IMG/VR virus record: IMGVR_UViG_3300008259_004660
Span: 1-64,000 of that record
Origin: a virus
Strand: one strand, 5' to 3'
DNA length: 64,000 nucleotides
Shown piece after piece: positions 37,813-48,572 of the stretch (the stretch's first letter is position 1; every line of letters begins with the position of its first letter). Under the pieces are notes generated by a model. The model did not search any database, was not told the origin of the DNA, and was given only the letters and a program-made list of their open reading frames with translations. Position numbers and translations under genes: made by a program.

Positions 37813-38349
37813 ATGAGTAATATTTTAAACAAGACTACATGTACAGTTATTGGTCCCATGCAATATGCGGATGGAAGATCCATTCGTAGTTATTTGACCG
37901 AAGAACTTGGAAAACATGGCATCACTGTATATGATCACTATCACAAGCCGTTCGTTCAGTCGGTTGATGAGGATGAAAACATAAGAGCCCAATTCAAAGT
38001 GTGGTTGGAAAATGAACAGTATGATAAATTGTCTGACCAAAAAAACATTCGCACGTTTGACCTCAAGCTTATTGATATATCTGATTTTATTATAGTGATG
38101 TTTGATCCTACAGTGCTTACTGTTGGTACATGGGAAGAATTTTTCTGGGCAAATCGCTTAAAAAAGCCTATCTTTTTTGTAAATACAAAAGGAAAGAAAA
38201 CAACTCCATATTGGATTTTTTGGACTATTCCACACAAATACATTTATTCTTCAGTAGAAGATTTGCTAAAAACAATAAATGACATAAATAGCGGAAAACA
38301 TCCATTGGACAACGATAGATGGAAACTGCTGAAACCAGAGTTTCGTTGA
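37813..38349 (+). CDS. nucleoside 2-deoxyribosyltransferase-like protein
   Basis: IGPMQY, DLKLIDISDFII, TVGTWEE...KKPI. Confidence 0.7.
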   Translation: MSNILNKTTCTVIGPMQYADGRSIRSYLTEELGKHGITVYDHYHKPFVQSVDEDENIRAQFKVWLENEQYDKLSDQKNIRTFDLKLIDISDFIIVMFDPTVLTVGTWEEFFWANRLKKPIFFVNTKGKKTTPYWIFWTIPHKYIYSSVEDLLKTINDINSGKHPLDNDRWKLLKPEFR

Positions 38350-38534
38350 TATTTATATCATTATGTATACTGGACAAATATATTACAAGGGAGAGCCAAT
38401 AACCGTTCAACAAGCCGTTGATTTGAAACTAGTCACCGTTGATGAAAATGGCGACATTTGGTTGTACAATGACACGGCACACTTGATAAGAATTACAGGC
38501 GATCTCAATTTAGGTTAAAAAACAAAAAGGTTAT

Positions 38535-38852
38535 ATGTCAAAATATTATATTGTGGACTCTACTAAAAAGCAGGGTGGAAAAAATCCTGTTCTCATTTTT
38601 GAAAGTGTTGATGGCGTTGTTAAATATTTGGAGGGTATGTGCCTTCGAAGTTTTGGAAAGACACGTGCCCAATATATGAATGAAGCAGAAAGTATTGGAT
38701 ATGGGGCGGATGAGGCAAGTGGTCGTGCGTTCTATGATCAAATGGAACAATACTTCAATATCGGAGTAATTCGTAGAGATTCAACTCCAGTAAAAACAAA
38801 TATCTTTGAGGCCGCTGCATTCCTCAAAGGAAAAGATGTTCACGGCGATTGA
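38535..38852 (+). CDS. hypothetical protein
   Basis: AAGG RBS, ORF. Confidence 0.55.
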   Translation: MSKYYIVDSTKKQGGKNPVLIFESVDGVVKYLEGMCLRSFGKTRAQYMNEAESIGYGADEASGRAFYDQMEQYFNIGVIRRDSTPVKTNIFEAAAFLKGKDVHGD

Positions 38853-40495
38853 TGGAAGGCGGATCAAAACTGTTTATCAATTGGTCTGAGCCTTCTAAGG
38901 TCAACACCAAATATGGTCCAAAGTGGATGCGTTGGTGGGTTATACCCACAGAATACCTTGAAGGATTCTTTGTGTTTTGGAACAGCAGCAAAGTCAAATT
39001 AAAAGCACAAGGATACAGTGTTGGAAAAAACAAACTTGGGCAATGGTCATTGTATGAATGGCAAACATACAAAGCGGATTTTCGCGAGGACTTTGGTCGA
39101 GATAATAAAGTTGCTCCACTAAAAATACAACAAGAAAGCACTCTTCAAGAATATACGGTTAAAAACAAAAATGGATTAAGAGAGTTTCAAGTTCCAAATG
39201 TCAGTAAACTATGCGCTGCAATATTGAAAAACAAAGCAGCACTTGATGGTTCCGACACTGGTGCCGGTAAGACATACACAGCAGTTGGAGTGGCAAGAGA
39301 ATTGGAAATGAACATTGCTGTTGTATGCCCAAAAGCAGTGATATCATCTTGGAACAAGGTTATTAAAGATCATTTCAAAATGAAGCCTATATTTGTATTG
39401 AATTATGAGTCTGTAAAGACTGGTAAATACAAGGAAATTGGTGTATGGAAAAAGATTAGTCGCACAAGTAATCGTGAATATTTTCAATGGAATATTCCAA
39501 AAAACACACTGCTTGTATTTGATGAAAGTCATAGATTAAAAGGACACGGTACACAAAACAGTGAAATTGCCATGCAAGCAAAGAAGCAAGGATACACCAT
39601 TCTTTGCTGTTCTGCCACAAATGCCATCAATCCAATTGAACTAAAAACTGTTGGGTTTATCACAGGATTGTACAAGAGTGGTAAATGGACAAATTTCTTG
39701 CGTGAACATGGTTGTGAACAAGGTAGATTTGGTTGGGAATTTAGCGGAGACAAAGATGTGTTGAAAAAATTACACGCGGATCTCTTTTTAGATAGAGGAG
39801 TAAGAGTTAGACGCGAAGATATTAAAGGATTTCCAGACAGTGAAGTTATTGCTGAAGCATATAACATAGATGAGCAGTCCGAAAAAGAACTAAAGAAAAT
39901 CTATGAAGAAATGGACAGAGAACTTACCAATCTTAAAGCTATATGCAAGAATACTAAGGAATATAAAATTAATGCCATGACAATCATGCTGCGTGCAAGA
40001 CAACAAGCTGAACTTATCAAGGTTCCATTGTTTGTTGAGATGGCAGAAGATGCAATTGAAAATGGTATGAGTGTTGTGTTGTTTGTGAATTTCAGCGAGA
40101 CTGTGCGAGCATTATCAAAGCGGTTGGAAACAAACTGTGTTGTGTGGGGAGAAAATAAAGGAAACGAAAGAGAAAAACACATTGCGGATTTTCAGGCAGA
40201 CAAAAAGCGTGTTATCATTGTTAACATCAAAGCGGGTGGCGCGGGATTAAGTTTGCACGACCTCAATGGAAATTATCCTCGCATAGCTTTAATATCTCCA
40301 ACACCTTCTGCTGTTGACTTACGCCAAGCACTTGGTAGAGTATGGAGAGATGGAGGCAAAACTAAATCACTTCAAAAAATTATTTTCGCGGCAAATACCG
40401 TGGAGGAAGAGGTGTGCGAAAAAGTAAAATTAAAATTAACCAGTTTGGACACTATAAATGACGGAGATGTGTCGATTGGAACCGAATTTGACTAA
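38852..40495 (+). CDS. superfamily 2 helicase
   Basis: DTGAGKT, VFDESH, SAT, GGAGLSL, QALGRVWR. Confidence 0.92.
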   Translation: MEGGSKLFINWSEPSKVNTKYGPKWMRWWVIPTEYLEGFFVFWNSSKVKLKAQGYSVGKNKLGQWSLYEWQTYKADFREDFGRDNKVAPLKIQQESTLQEYTVKNKNGLREFQVPNVSKLCAAILKNKAALDGSDTGAGKTYTAVGVARELEMNIAVVCPKAVISSWNKVIKDHFKMKPIFVLNYESVKTGKYKEIGVWKKISRTSNREYFQWNIPKNTLLVFDESHRLKGHGTQNSEIAMQAKKQGYTILCCSATNAINPIELKTVGFITGLYKSGKWTNFLREHGCEQGRFGWEFSGDKDVLKKLHADLFLDRGVRVRREDIKGFPDSEVIAEAYNIDEQSEKELKKIYEEMDRELTNLKAICKNTKEYKINAMTIMLRARQQAELIKVPLFVEMAEDAIENGMSVVLFVNFSETVRALSKRLETNCVVWGENKGNEREKHIADFQADKKRVIIVNIKAGGAGLSLHDLNGNYPRIALISPTPSAVDLRQALGRVWRDGGKTKSLQKIIFAANTVEEEVCEKVKLKLTSLDTINDGDVSIGTEFD

Positions 40496-40504
40496 TATAT
40501 ATAC

Positions 40505-40849
40505 ATGAGCAGTTCAATGAATAAAACAAAGATGATGAGTTTTTATGTCGAAGGACCAGATTGGGGACATACCGTCTCAATCGATCCAGAATTATTTGAT
40601 AATGAGCGTGCTCAAATCATGGAAGCTGCGAGTTCTGGTGTTGAAAAACAAATTGACTCCGACGAATTTAATCTTGGCGCAATTGTTATTGTGAAAAAAA
40701 ACAAATCCTCCAAGAAAGAAGCACTTGTTAATGCTTATCTATGTCTTGTCAACATAGGAAAATACAAAATGGCAGAGGATCTTCGTGCCAATTTCAAAAA
40801 GAGTTCTGGCCAAGATCTGGCAGAAGATAAAACAGGATACTCATTCTGA
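40505..40849 (+). CDS. hypothetical protein
   Basis: ORF. Confidence 0.55.
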   Translation: MSSSMNKTKMMSFYVEGPDWGHTVSIDPELFDNERAQIMEAASSGVEKQIDSDEFNLGAIVIVKKNKSSKKEALVNAYLCLVNIGKYKMAEDLRANFKKSSGQDLAEDKTGYSF

Positions 40850-40850
40850 T

Positions 40851-41111
40851 ATGACACGCAATCAGGCACAATCATTAATGGAAGATATTGAAAAGTCATT
40901 GACCAAGTCTGATTATTGCGAGGACATATATCTTAGCATACGAGATATTGGAACGAAAGTTTTCAAGAAGTGTGCGTATCATGAGGTTGAAGGATACACC
41001 TTCATATGGACGGTAAAAGAAAGATATCTTATCAGCAGAAAAGAAATTGGCGATTATGTTGTGATACCGTATGATGCTGCTATACAAATAACACTAAAAA
41101 AGGTTACATGA
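40851..41111 (+). CDS. hypothetical protein
   Basis: ORF, start re-called. Confidence 0.5.
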   Translation: MTRNQAQSLMEDIEKSLTKSDYCEDIYLSIRDIGTKVFKKCAYHEVEGYTFIWTVKERYLISRKEIGDYVVIPYDAAIQITLKKVT

Positions 41112-41114
41112 TTT

Positions 41115-41729
41115 ATGTTGTACAATAACGGAAGACCAAAAAGAATGCTCCTTGAGAGCGAAATAATGGCGGCTCAGAGTATCAGCAAAACAGAAGCCGA
41201 GGCATCTCGCAAACTTGGTGTGTCTTTCATGACATACAGAAAATATGCAAAAATGTATGGACTATATGGCAGAGTAGCAAATGCCGCTGGAAAAGGAATT
41301 TCAAAAGCAATCAAGAATGAGGACAGTGGAAAATATCCATTGAACAAGATTTTGGAAGGAAAGTATCCAAACTATAGCACAAATAGATTGAAGGTAAGAA
41401 TGATTCGTGGGAAAAGAATAGAAGAAAAATGCAATAAATGCAATTTCTCAGAACGAAGAATATCAGACAATATCATGCCGCTGCTATTGAATTATATTGA
41501 TGGGAACATCAAGAACAAAAAGCGCGAGAATCTGGAACTACTTTGCTATAATTGTTATTTTCTATATGTAAATAACCCATTTGGATGCAGAAAAACATTC
41601 AAGGTTTCAAATTCTGATACACAAATTGAAACCAACATAGAAGAACTTTCCGCCGAAGAAATAGAAAACATAAAGATTGAAGTGCAGGAAGAAATCAAAA
41701 ATGAAATTCAACCGCCACAAATATCATGA
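41115..41729 (+). CDS. HTH plus degenerate HNH-fold protein
   Basis: EASRKLGVSFMTYRKYAK HTH; CNKC...LLNYIDGN..N...ENLELLCYNCY with His positions replaced by Tyr. Confidence 0.7.
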   Translation: MLYNNGRPKRMLLESEIMAAQSISKTEAEASRKLGVSFMTYRKYAKMYGLYGRVANAAGKGISKAIKNEDSGKYPLNKILEGKYPNYSTNRLKVRMIRGKRIEEKCNKCNFSERRISDNIMPLLLNYIDGNIKNKKRENLELLCYNCYFLYVNNPFGCRKTFKVSNSDTQIETNIEELSAEEIENIKIEVQEEIKNEIQPPQIS

Positions 41730-42055
41730 GCGAAGAAAATCTACAAACTGAACAAGTAAGAATAGATCCAAATGAAGAAATCACGGATCAAAAGAAAGTA
41801 ATTTTGCTGAATCAATGGAAAGACAAAGTGCAAAACGAGATTGATGAGTATAATTCTGAAAAAGACAAAGTATATCAGGAATACAAAAAGCAAAAAGAAA
41901 AGTATGACAAGGTACTTGGTGTAAAACTCAAGAAAATGAAAAAAATTGATGGATTGATGAACAATCGAAAAAAGGTATTGGTAGATATTACCAAGGAAAT
42001 AACCAACCTTCAATCAACCATATCTCCAACGCAGAAATCAGATATTATTACATGA
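41726..42055 (+). CDS. coiled-coil hypothetical protein
   Basis: K/E-rich heptads. Confidence 0.5.
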   Translation: MSEENLQTEQVRIDPNEEITDQKKVILLNQWKDKVQNEIDEYNSEKDKVYQEYKKQKEKYDKVLGVKLKKMKKIDGLMNNRKKVLVDITKEITNLQSTISPTQKSDIIT

Positions 42056-42112
42056 TTTGCGCTATCATGTAGGTGATTAAAGCATACTCATGTTTATATT
42101 TATTATATATAC

Positions 42113-43465
42113 ATGAGATTACTGCCATTAACAGGTCAAGTAGAACTGGAAGAATCTAATCCAGAGAAGCTAATTAAAGCTTCAAAAGGTGACTATTTTT
42201 ATAGAAAAGGAAATGATTTGTTTTATGTTGTAGGAAAGGATGGAGAAAGACGAAGAATATATATTCCTAGAAAAAGTTTCGCACTTAAATATAGAAATCA
42301 GCCTTGGTATTTGTCTATTTCGGACCATCTGATAATATTTCAAAATTCATATGAGGTTTGGATAAAAGTTGGAAGTGGATATAATTCTGTTGGATGGCAG
42401 CTTTTGAGTTATAAGTCTTTGGATTCTATTAATCCGGCAACACCTACACCAACACCAACGACTACACCTACACCAACTCCAACGGCTACACCTACACCAA
42501 CTCCAACAGGAGCGCCTACATCAACTCCTACACCAACACCCTCGCCTGCTCCTACAGCAACCCCATCGCCCACACCAGCACCAACGGCTACCCCAACTCC
42601 AGCACCGACAGCAACACCAACACCAACTCCGACTGATACACCAACTCCAGCACCAACTTCAACGCCAACACCAACGCCAACAGCAACACCAACACCTGCG
42701 CCAACAGCAACGGCTACACCAGCACCAACTGCAACACCAACCCCAGCAGCACCGACTGATACGCCAACACCAACACCTGCGGCAACTGCAACACCAACAC
42801 CTGCGCCAACTGCAACGGCTACACCTGCGCCAACAGCAACACCAACACCTGCGCCAACTGCAACGGCTACACCAACGCCTGAACCAACGGATACACCAAC
42901 ACCAACCCCAGAACCTTCTTCAACACCGACACCAACGCCTGAACCAACGGATACGCCAACGCCGACACCAGAGCCAACGGATACGCCAACACCAACGCCT
43001 GAGCCAACGGATACACCAACACCAACGCCTGAACCAACGGATACTCCAACGCCGACACCAGAGCCAACGGATACGCCAACACCAACCCCAGAACCTTCTT
43101 CAACACCGACACCAACGCCTGAACCAACGGATACTCCAACGCCAACACCAGAGCCAACGGATACGCCAACACCAACGCCTGAACCAACGGATACACCAAC
43201 GCCGACCCCTGAACCTACCAACACTCCAACGCCGACACCAGAGCCAACGGATACGCCAACACCAACCCCTGAACCTACCAACACTCCAACGCCGACACCA
43301 GAGCCAACGGATACACCAACGCCGACCCCTGAACCAACCAACACTCCGGTTCCAACAGACACTCCATCACCAACCAATACACCAGAACCAACACCAACGC
43401 CAACGCCTACAATATATGTTGGATTTGCAAGAAGTCCTATTAGTGGCAGCGAACTATTCCCGTAA
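42113..43465 (+). CDS. Pro/Thr mucin-like putative virion fibre protein
   Basis: ~105-aa N-terminal domain ending EVWIK.GSG....GW, then ~330 aa PT repeats; no signal peptide. Confidence 0.8.
   Translation: MRLLPLTGQVELEESNPEKLIKASKGDYFYRKGNDLFYVVGKDGERRRIYIPRKSFALKYRNQPWYLSISDHLIIFQNSYEVWIKVGSGYNSVGWQLLSYKSLDSINPATPTPTPTTTPTPTPTATPTPTPTGAPTSTPTPTPSPAPTATPSPTPAPTATPTPAPTATPTPTPTDTPTPAPTSTPTPTPTATPTPAPTATATPAPTATPTPAAPTDTPTPTPAATATPTPAPTATATPAPTATPTPAPTATATPTPEPTDTPTPTPEPSSTPTPTPEPTDTPTPTPEPTDTPTPTPEPTDTPTPTPEPTDTPTPTPEPTDTPTPTPEPSSTPTPTPEPTDTPTPTPEPTDTPTPTPEPTDTPTPTPEPTNTPTPTPEPTDTPTPTPEPTNTPTPTPEPTDTPTPTPEPTNTPVPTDTPSPTNTPEPTPTPTPTIYVGFARSPISGSELFP
42878..43357 (+). repeat. 16 tandem 30-nt units encoding PEPT(D/N)TPTPT or [10 protein letters not shown]
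   Basis: GAACC/GAGCC recurs every 30 nt from 42881 to 43331; PEPSS variant recurs at 180 nt. Confidence 0.95.
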
Positions 43466-43502
43466 AATTAATCACACAGTTTTCAATCAAGTTTGAAATA
43501 AA

Positions 43503-44216
43503 ATGATCAAAATATATTTAACCAGTTCAAATCCAAATGGTGTCGTACAAGGAAACTTGGGTGATACATTTTACAGAGAAGGAAATAATTTTTATTTGCT
43601 CAATGCAGCAAAAGTGTTAAGTTCTTTATCAATTTCTAAAAAAGCATTTGCTTTTCAGTTATTAAGATCTTCAGCAAATCAATACAAAGAGAATGAAATA
43701 GCGTTCAGACAGCCGAGGGAAGTTTGGATTAAGAAAACAAGAACCAGAGACAACAGACAAGGTTGGACATTTGTAAAAAACGCAACTCCGTTGGCGCAAA
43801 TGATGCCAACACCGACACCAACTCCTACTCCAAATCCTACATACACACCTACACCAACTCCAACGGTTGCACCAACAAGCACTCCTACCCCCACACCAAC
43901 TCCAACAAATGCAGTAACAAACACACCAACCCCTACACCAACTCCTACACTTACAGCAACGCCAACAGCAACACCTGCGCCAACGAATACTCCTACACCA
44001 ACAGCAACACCAGCACCAACAGCCACACCAACGGCAACGCCAGTGCCTACAGCTACGCCAACACCAACACCCACATTGGCTCCAACGGCAACACCAACGC
44101 CAACATCTACACCAGCACCAACAGCAACTCCCGCTCCAACAAGCACACCAACTCCAACACCAACTCCGACACCAATACCGCCGGGATCTGGAGTTGTATT
44201 TGTTAGATATATTTAA
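43503..44216 (+). CDS. Pro/Thr mucin-like protein, paralogue of 42113
   Basis: same N-terminal domain (SNP..V.G..GD.FYR...EVWIKK....QGW) plus PT repeats. Confidence 0.8.
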   Translation: MIKIYLTSSNPNGVVQGNLGDTFYREGNNFYLLNAAKVLSSLSISKKAFAFQLLRSSANQYKENEIAFRQPREVWIKKTRTRDNRQGWTFVKNATPLAQMMPTPTPTPTPNPTYTPTPTPTVAPTSTPTPTPTPTNAVTNTPTPTPTPTLTATPTATPAPTNTPTPTATPAPTATPTATPVPTATPTPTPTLAPTATPTPTSTPAPTATPAPTSTPTPTPTPTPIPPGSGVVFVRYI

Positions 44217-44221
44217 AAATT

Positions 44222-46516
44222 ATGAACGCTGAAAACATAGACATTGCAAAAAAAGAAATAGAGCGATTAATAGTTGATAATCCATATGATGCATATGAAA
44301 TTGCAATAGGATGCAAATCTACAGGTGGAACATATACAGAAGAAAAGGTAATACGATTTGGCGTAGAACAAAAACTTCCCTTGGATCAGATACCAACCGA
44401 AAAATTAATTCCAAAAACAATTAGTATAGATGGGGTAGAATATAAAACGGATGTATACGTGGCTCCAACAGAAGTATACACCGCAGCAGCTATAAGAAAA
44501 ATAGACGATGTCGATTCGCAAGATTTAATACGTGTAATGGCAGTATCATATTGCAACCCTATAGGAGACAATAGTGTTCCTCCTGTAGTTTCTACGCCTG
44601 TTAGTTATAACAGAGCAACAACAAGACCATTGAGAGGTGGAGTATCAATGGCAGCGCCGCCGCCGACTGGATATGTTAATGCAGGAACTTTGGGATTGAT
44701 GGTGGTAGATAGCATGGATAGCAAATTGGTTGGACTAACAAATAATCATGTGTGTGGAAATCCCGGCGGATCAATTAACAAATCCAAATTTTTCGCAAAC
44801 GATGAATCATCTGCAAGTTTTGGGTATTACAATACTATAAACATATATCAGCAAAGTTCGTGGGATAGTGGCGTAGTAAACAAAGCATCGGACAATATAG
44901 GATTTGCAAAAAGACAATTTCCATTATCCACCAATTTCATTAATTACATTGATGCGGGAATAGTAAATTTGACTGCGTCTATTGTAGACAGCGGTAGTTG
45001 GAATGCAGTTGGATCAAGTTTTGTATCATCTCCACCTTTTGCAACGACTGCGGAAATAGATTCTATTACATCCAGTAATCTCGTATTCAAATCTGGAAGA
45101 ACAACGGGACCAATAGGACCAGATAATTACAGTGGGTGCGTTATTCAAATTACAAACACATCAACGGCATTATATGTTTCTGGATATACACCAAGCGGTC
45201 CCGCATTGCTTTTCGGAGATTGTTTGAAAATTGAAAGCACGGGTACAGTTGTCGGAATTGGTGGAGATTCTGGATCGGTGGTATATGCGAAAATAGGAGG
45301 AGTTTGGAAGGTAGTGGGATTGTTTTTTGCAGGAAACGGTGATGGTAGTGCGGGATATGCATGTAGAATAGATAGGGTTTCAAATTTATTAAAAATAAAT
45401 GCATATGATGGTGGATCATATTCCGCAGATCCGGGAACAAGAACTTATGTCACCGCAAGTCTTGCAGAGTTTGGAGGAAAAGCCAGCGCATCTTTTAATG
45501 GAGAAATTTATTGGCAGGTTGGAAAATATGAAATTTCCGATGGACCAACCCCGACTCCAACGCCTACACCTACGTTGACGCCTACGCCTACGCCAACATT
45601 AACATCTACGCCGACACCAACCCCAACACCAACCCCAGTTCCAAATACACAAAAAGCAATTTTTGGATATGGTTACAATGGATCTATATATTTGTCTCTT
45701 ACCAATCTTGTAAATAATACTGGCGTAGTTGCGACGGATACGACAGGTGTAGGTACAGCGAGAATGGATCTTGCGGCTGCTGGATATGGAACAGATAAAG
45801 CCATTTTTGGATATGGTACTGGTGGAGGTGGTGTGGTTTCACTTACAAATCTTGTAAGCAATACTGGCGTGGTAGCCACTAACACCACTGGTGTTGGAAC
45901 TGCCAGATCTACTTTGGCAGCGGCAGGTTATGGTGGAGACAAAGCCATTTTTGGATATGGATATACATCAGGTGCAGTCAATGTTTCACTTACAAATCTT
46001 GTAAGTAATACTGGTGTGGTGGCAACAGACACCACTGGTGTTGGAACTGCTAGACACTTTTTGGCAGCATCTGGATATGGCAGTGACAAATCTATATTTG
46101 GATATGGAAATGGTACTGGAGGATACCTTTCTCTTACAAATCTTGTGAGCAACACTGGAGTTGTGTCTGGAGATACATCAGGTGTTGGTACTGGAAGAGA
46201 ATATCTTGCAGCGGCTGGCTATGGTACAGATAAAGCAATCTTTGGCTATGGTACCACAATAAACGCTCTTTCTATGACAAACCTTGTAAGTAATACTGGT
46301 GTGGTGGCAACAGACACCACTGGTGTTGGAACATCAAGACTTGCCCTAGCAGCCGCAGGTTATGGAAATGATAAGGCAATATTTGGCTATGGACGAGACT
46401 TTGGATATTTCTCAACAACAAATCTTGTAAGTAATACTGGAGTTGTTGCGACAGATACAACTGGAGTTGGCACGAGTAGAATGGGACTAGCCGCCGCTGG
46501 ATATTCCTTGTCATGA
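44222..46516 (+). CDS. trypsin-like serine protease - PT linker - six-repeat beta-propeller
   Basis: GTLGL, TNNHV (His), IDAG (Asp), KSGRTTG, GDSGS (Ser); six KAIFGYG...TNLVSNTGVV.TDTTGVGT.R..LAAAGYG repeats. Confidence 0.85.
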   Translation: MNAENIDIAKKEIERLIVDNPYDAYEIAIGCKSTGGTYTEEKVIRFGVEQKLPLDQIPTEKLIPKTISIDGVEYKTDVYVAPTEVYTAAAIRKIDDVDSQDLIRVMAVSYCNPIGDNSVPPVVSTPVSYNRATTRPLRGGVSMAAPPPTGYVNAGTLGLMVVDSMDSKLVGLTNNHVCGNPGGSINKSKFFANDESSASFGYYNTINIYQQSSWDSGVVNKASDNIGFAKRQFPLSTNFINYIDAGIVNLTASIVDSGSWNAVGSSFVSSPPFATTAEIDSITSSNLVFKSGRTTGPIGPDNYSGCVIQITNTSTALYVSGYTPSGPALLFGDCLKIESTGTVVGIGGDSGSVVYAKIGGVWKVVGLFFAGNGDGSAGYACRIDRVSNLLKINAYDGGSYSADPGTRTYVTASLAEFGGKASASFNGEIYWQVGKYEISDGPTPTPTPTPTLTPTPTPTLTSTPTPTPTPTPVPNTQKAIFGYGYNGSIYLSLTNLVNNTGVVATDTTGVGTARMDLAAAGYGTDKAIFGYGTGGGGVVSLTNLVSNTGVVATNTTGVGTARSTLAAAGYGGDKAIFGYGYTSGAVNVSLTNLVSNTGVVATDTTGVGTARHFLAASGYGSDKSIFGYGNGTGGYLSLTNLVSNTGVVSGDTSGVGTGREYLAAAGYGTDKAIFGYGTTINALSMTNLVSNTGVVATDTTGVGTSRLALAAAGYGNDKAIFGYGRDFGYFSTTNLVSNTGVVATDTTGVGTSRMGLAAAGYSLS
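45650..46510 (+). repeat. six ~48-aa propeller-blade repeats
   Basis: AIFGYG and TNLVSNTGVV recur at ~141-147 nt spacing. Confidence 0.9.
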
Positions 46517-46560
46517 TATTCTTGGTAGATTTAAAAAATATTTGATACTTATATACAAAT

Positions 46561-47430
46561 ATGACATACGTGCCACATCAGTTGGAAGAATCTAGTCCAG
46601 AAAACATTGTTTCTGCGCCAATCGGAAGCATGTTTTTAAGAGACAATAATAATTTTTTTCTTCTTAGTAATGGCAAGTTAGAGTCTTTGCAAATTTTAAA
46701 ATCATCATTTGCCATACACTACAGAAACAAAATATGGTTTCATACTTTGAAAGAAGAAACCATAACCTTTAAAAATGAAAAAGAGTTGTGGATAAAGAAA
46801 ACTGGACAAGGAAAAACAGGATGGGAATTTGTAAGCAACAAGAGCATAGAAGCGGAACAATATGAGTCCCCAGTTGCAACAGCAACACCAACACCAACGC
46901 CAGCACCTACATCTACTCCAACGCCAACGCCAACTGATACACCAACACCAACGCCAGCACCTACATCTACGCCAACACCAACGCCAGCGCCAACTGATAC
47001 ACCAACACCAACGCCAGCACCTACATCTACGCCAACACCAACGCCAGCGCCAACGGCAACACCAACGCCGACTCCTACGGCAACTCCTTCTGGCCCAATG
47101 GCGGCTGGATCTGGCAGCATGACATGGGCAGCGGTTGGTAATTGGACAATAAATTATACAAACGGAGTATATTCGTCGGGAACTTGGACATTTGAATTTT
47201 CAAACACAACTTCAAATGTAGGAGGATCATTTGAAACCACGGTGACATACTATTATACTGGTGGTCCTACTACAATAACCGTAGGATTTAATCCTTCATA
47301 CAACACAAATCCTGCATACTTGAATGTAAGCACAGTAACATATCCTGATTTGTACAAGATAGTAATGACTCCAAGACAGTCTCTAATAGACGCGGGCGCA
47401 GCTGGATCGATAACCATAGATATTACATAA
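46561..47430 (+). CDS. PT-linker protein, third paralogue of 42113 N-terminal domain, with C-terminal beta domain
   Basis: [20 protein letters not shown]...[14 protein letters not shown]; PT repeats; aromatic/Thr-rich C-terminus. Confidence 0.8.
   Translation: MTYVPHQLEESSPENIVSAPIGSMFLRDNNNFFLLSNGKLESLQILKSSFAIHYRNKIWFHTLKEETITFKNEKELWIKKTGQGKTGWEFVSNKSIEAEQYESPVATATPTPTPAPTSTPTPTPTDTPTPTPAPTSTPTPTPAPTDTPTPTPAPTSTPTPTPAPTATPTPTPTATPSGPMAAGSGSMTWAAVGNWTINYTNGVYSSGTWTFEFSNTTSNVGGSFETTVTYYYTGGPTTITVGFNPSYNTNPAYLNVSTVTYPDLYKIVMTPRQSLIDAGAAGSITIDIT
46931..47050 (+). repeat. exact 60-nt tandem duplication
   Basis: 46931-46990 identical to 46991-47050. Confidence 0.9.
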
Positions 47431-47436
47431 TAATTC

Positions 47437-47697
47437 ATGAAAAAAGATAACGAGTTACATTTGACATGCTCGTGTCATACACACGAACTTCATTTTGAAA
47501 AAGATCACGACATGGATATGTGGTATATTTCATTTTGGCAGCGTGGATACGTTGAACAAACATCGTGGAAATATAGATTAAGATATATTTGGCATATACT
47601 CAAAAACGGTAGACCATATGGTGATGAGGTTGTTCTTGAAAAGAAAGATCTTGAAGAGTTGAAAGATTATATTGACGAACAAGTAAAAAATACTTGA
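47437..47697 (+). CDS. hypothetical protein
   Basis: C.CH.HEL...RLRYIWHILK.G..YGDEVVL phage pattern. Confidence 0.55.
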   Translation: MKKDNELHLTCSCHTHELHFEKDHDMDMWYISFWQRGYVEQTSWKYRLRYIWHILKNGRPYGDEVVLEKKDLEELKDYIDEQVKNT

Positions 47698-47720
47698 CAT
47701 TCTATAAAATGTAACTCAAT

Positions 47721-48572
47721 GTGTGGGCTGTGAATAACGGTCCACACATTTCCATTTTCAGCAAGGCACTGTATAGTAATTGGTGCCATTATCCTACTTA
47801 TAATCTATTATTCGATTGTGGCGAAGGGTGTGCTACTCATATTGGAAATCACCTCGCGGGTATTGACAGCATTTTTCTCACACATGATCATGGTGATCAT
47901 ACCCTCGGTATTCCAAGTGTAGTTGGATGTCGTAATGCTGGCAGAGGAATGAGTCGCAATAAAGACACAATGGAAAATAACAAACCGTTGTATGTATATT
48001 ATCCCGATGACAATTTCTTGATGAATGATCTTATCAAGTTTGTGCAATCTCGCACAGATGGATGGCTTCGTTATGACATGAAGTTTATTCCTATCTCTGC
48101 TGGTTTTGAAAAACAACTTGGTAAGAATGTATTTCTGCGTGCTTTCAATATGCAGCATCAAAAGAACAAAAGCACTCTGGGTTATGTTATTTACGAAAAT
48201 CGCACAAGACTCAAGAAAGAATATCAAGGGAAAGATATTCCAACTCTGATCAAGCATGGTGTTGACGGTAAAACTCTCAATGAGAATTATCGTGCCAACT
48301 TGTTCGCATATTGCTTGGATGCATATGCTATTCCAGATTATAATCAACTCATTGAGTGCAAAGATGTTATAATGGACTGCACATTTATCAACGCCGATGA
48401 TCGTGATGATCCTACGCACTTTACACTTGACGAAGCATATAAATTTTGTCAGTGTATCGGAATCAAAAACATAATTGCCGCACATCTGTCTGGTCGCTAC
48501 AATTATAATGAAGTATCCAAAGATTATCCCAGTATTAAATTCATCAATCCATATAAAGTAAACGAATTATGA
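47721..48572 (+). CDS. rnz: ribonuclease Z/BN (metallo-beta-lactamase fold)
   Basis: LLFDCGEG, FLTHDHGDHTLG (HxHxDH), exosite-like insertion, DCTF, HFT, HLSGRY; GTG start. Confidence 0.85.
   Translation: MWAVNNGPHISIFSKALYSNWCHYPTYNLLFDCGEGCATHIGNHLAGIDSIFLTHDHGDHTLGIPSVVGCRNAGRGMSRNKDTMENNKPLYVYYPDDNFLMNDLIKFVQSRTDGWLRYDMKFIPISAGFEKQLGKNVFLRAFNMQHQKNKSTLGYVIYENRTRLKKEYQGKDIPTLIKHGVDGKTLNENYRANLFAYCLDAYAIPDYNQLIECKDVIMDCTFINADDRDDPTHFTLDEAYKFCQCIGIKNIIAAHLSGRYNYNEVSKDYPSIKFINPYKVNEL

Noticed and set aside
42409-47120. Minus-strand Val/Gly-repeat ORFs (42409-43377, 43679-44146, 46740-47120) and Gln/His ORF 46862-47122
   Set aside because: Shadows of the plus-strand PT repeats, which lack stops in other frames
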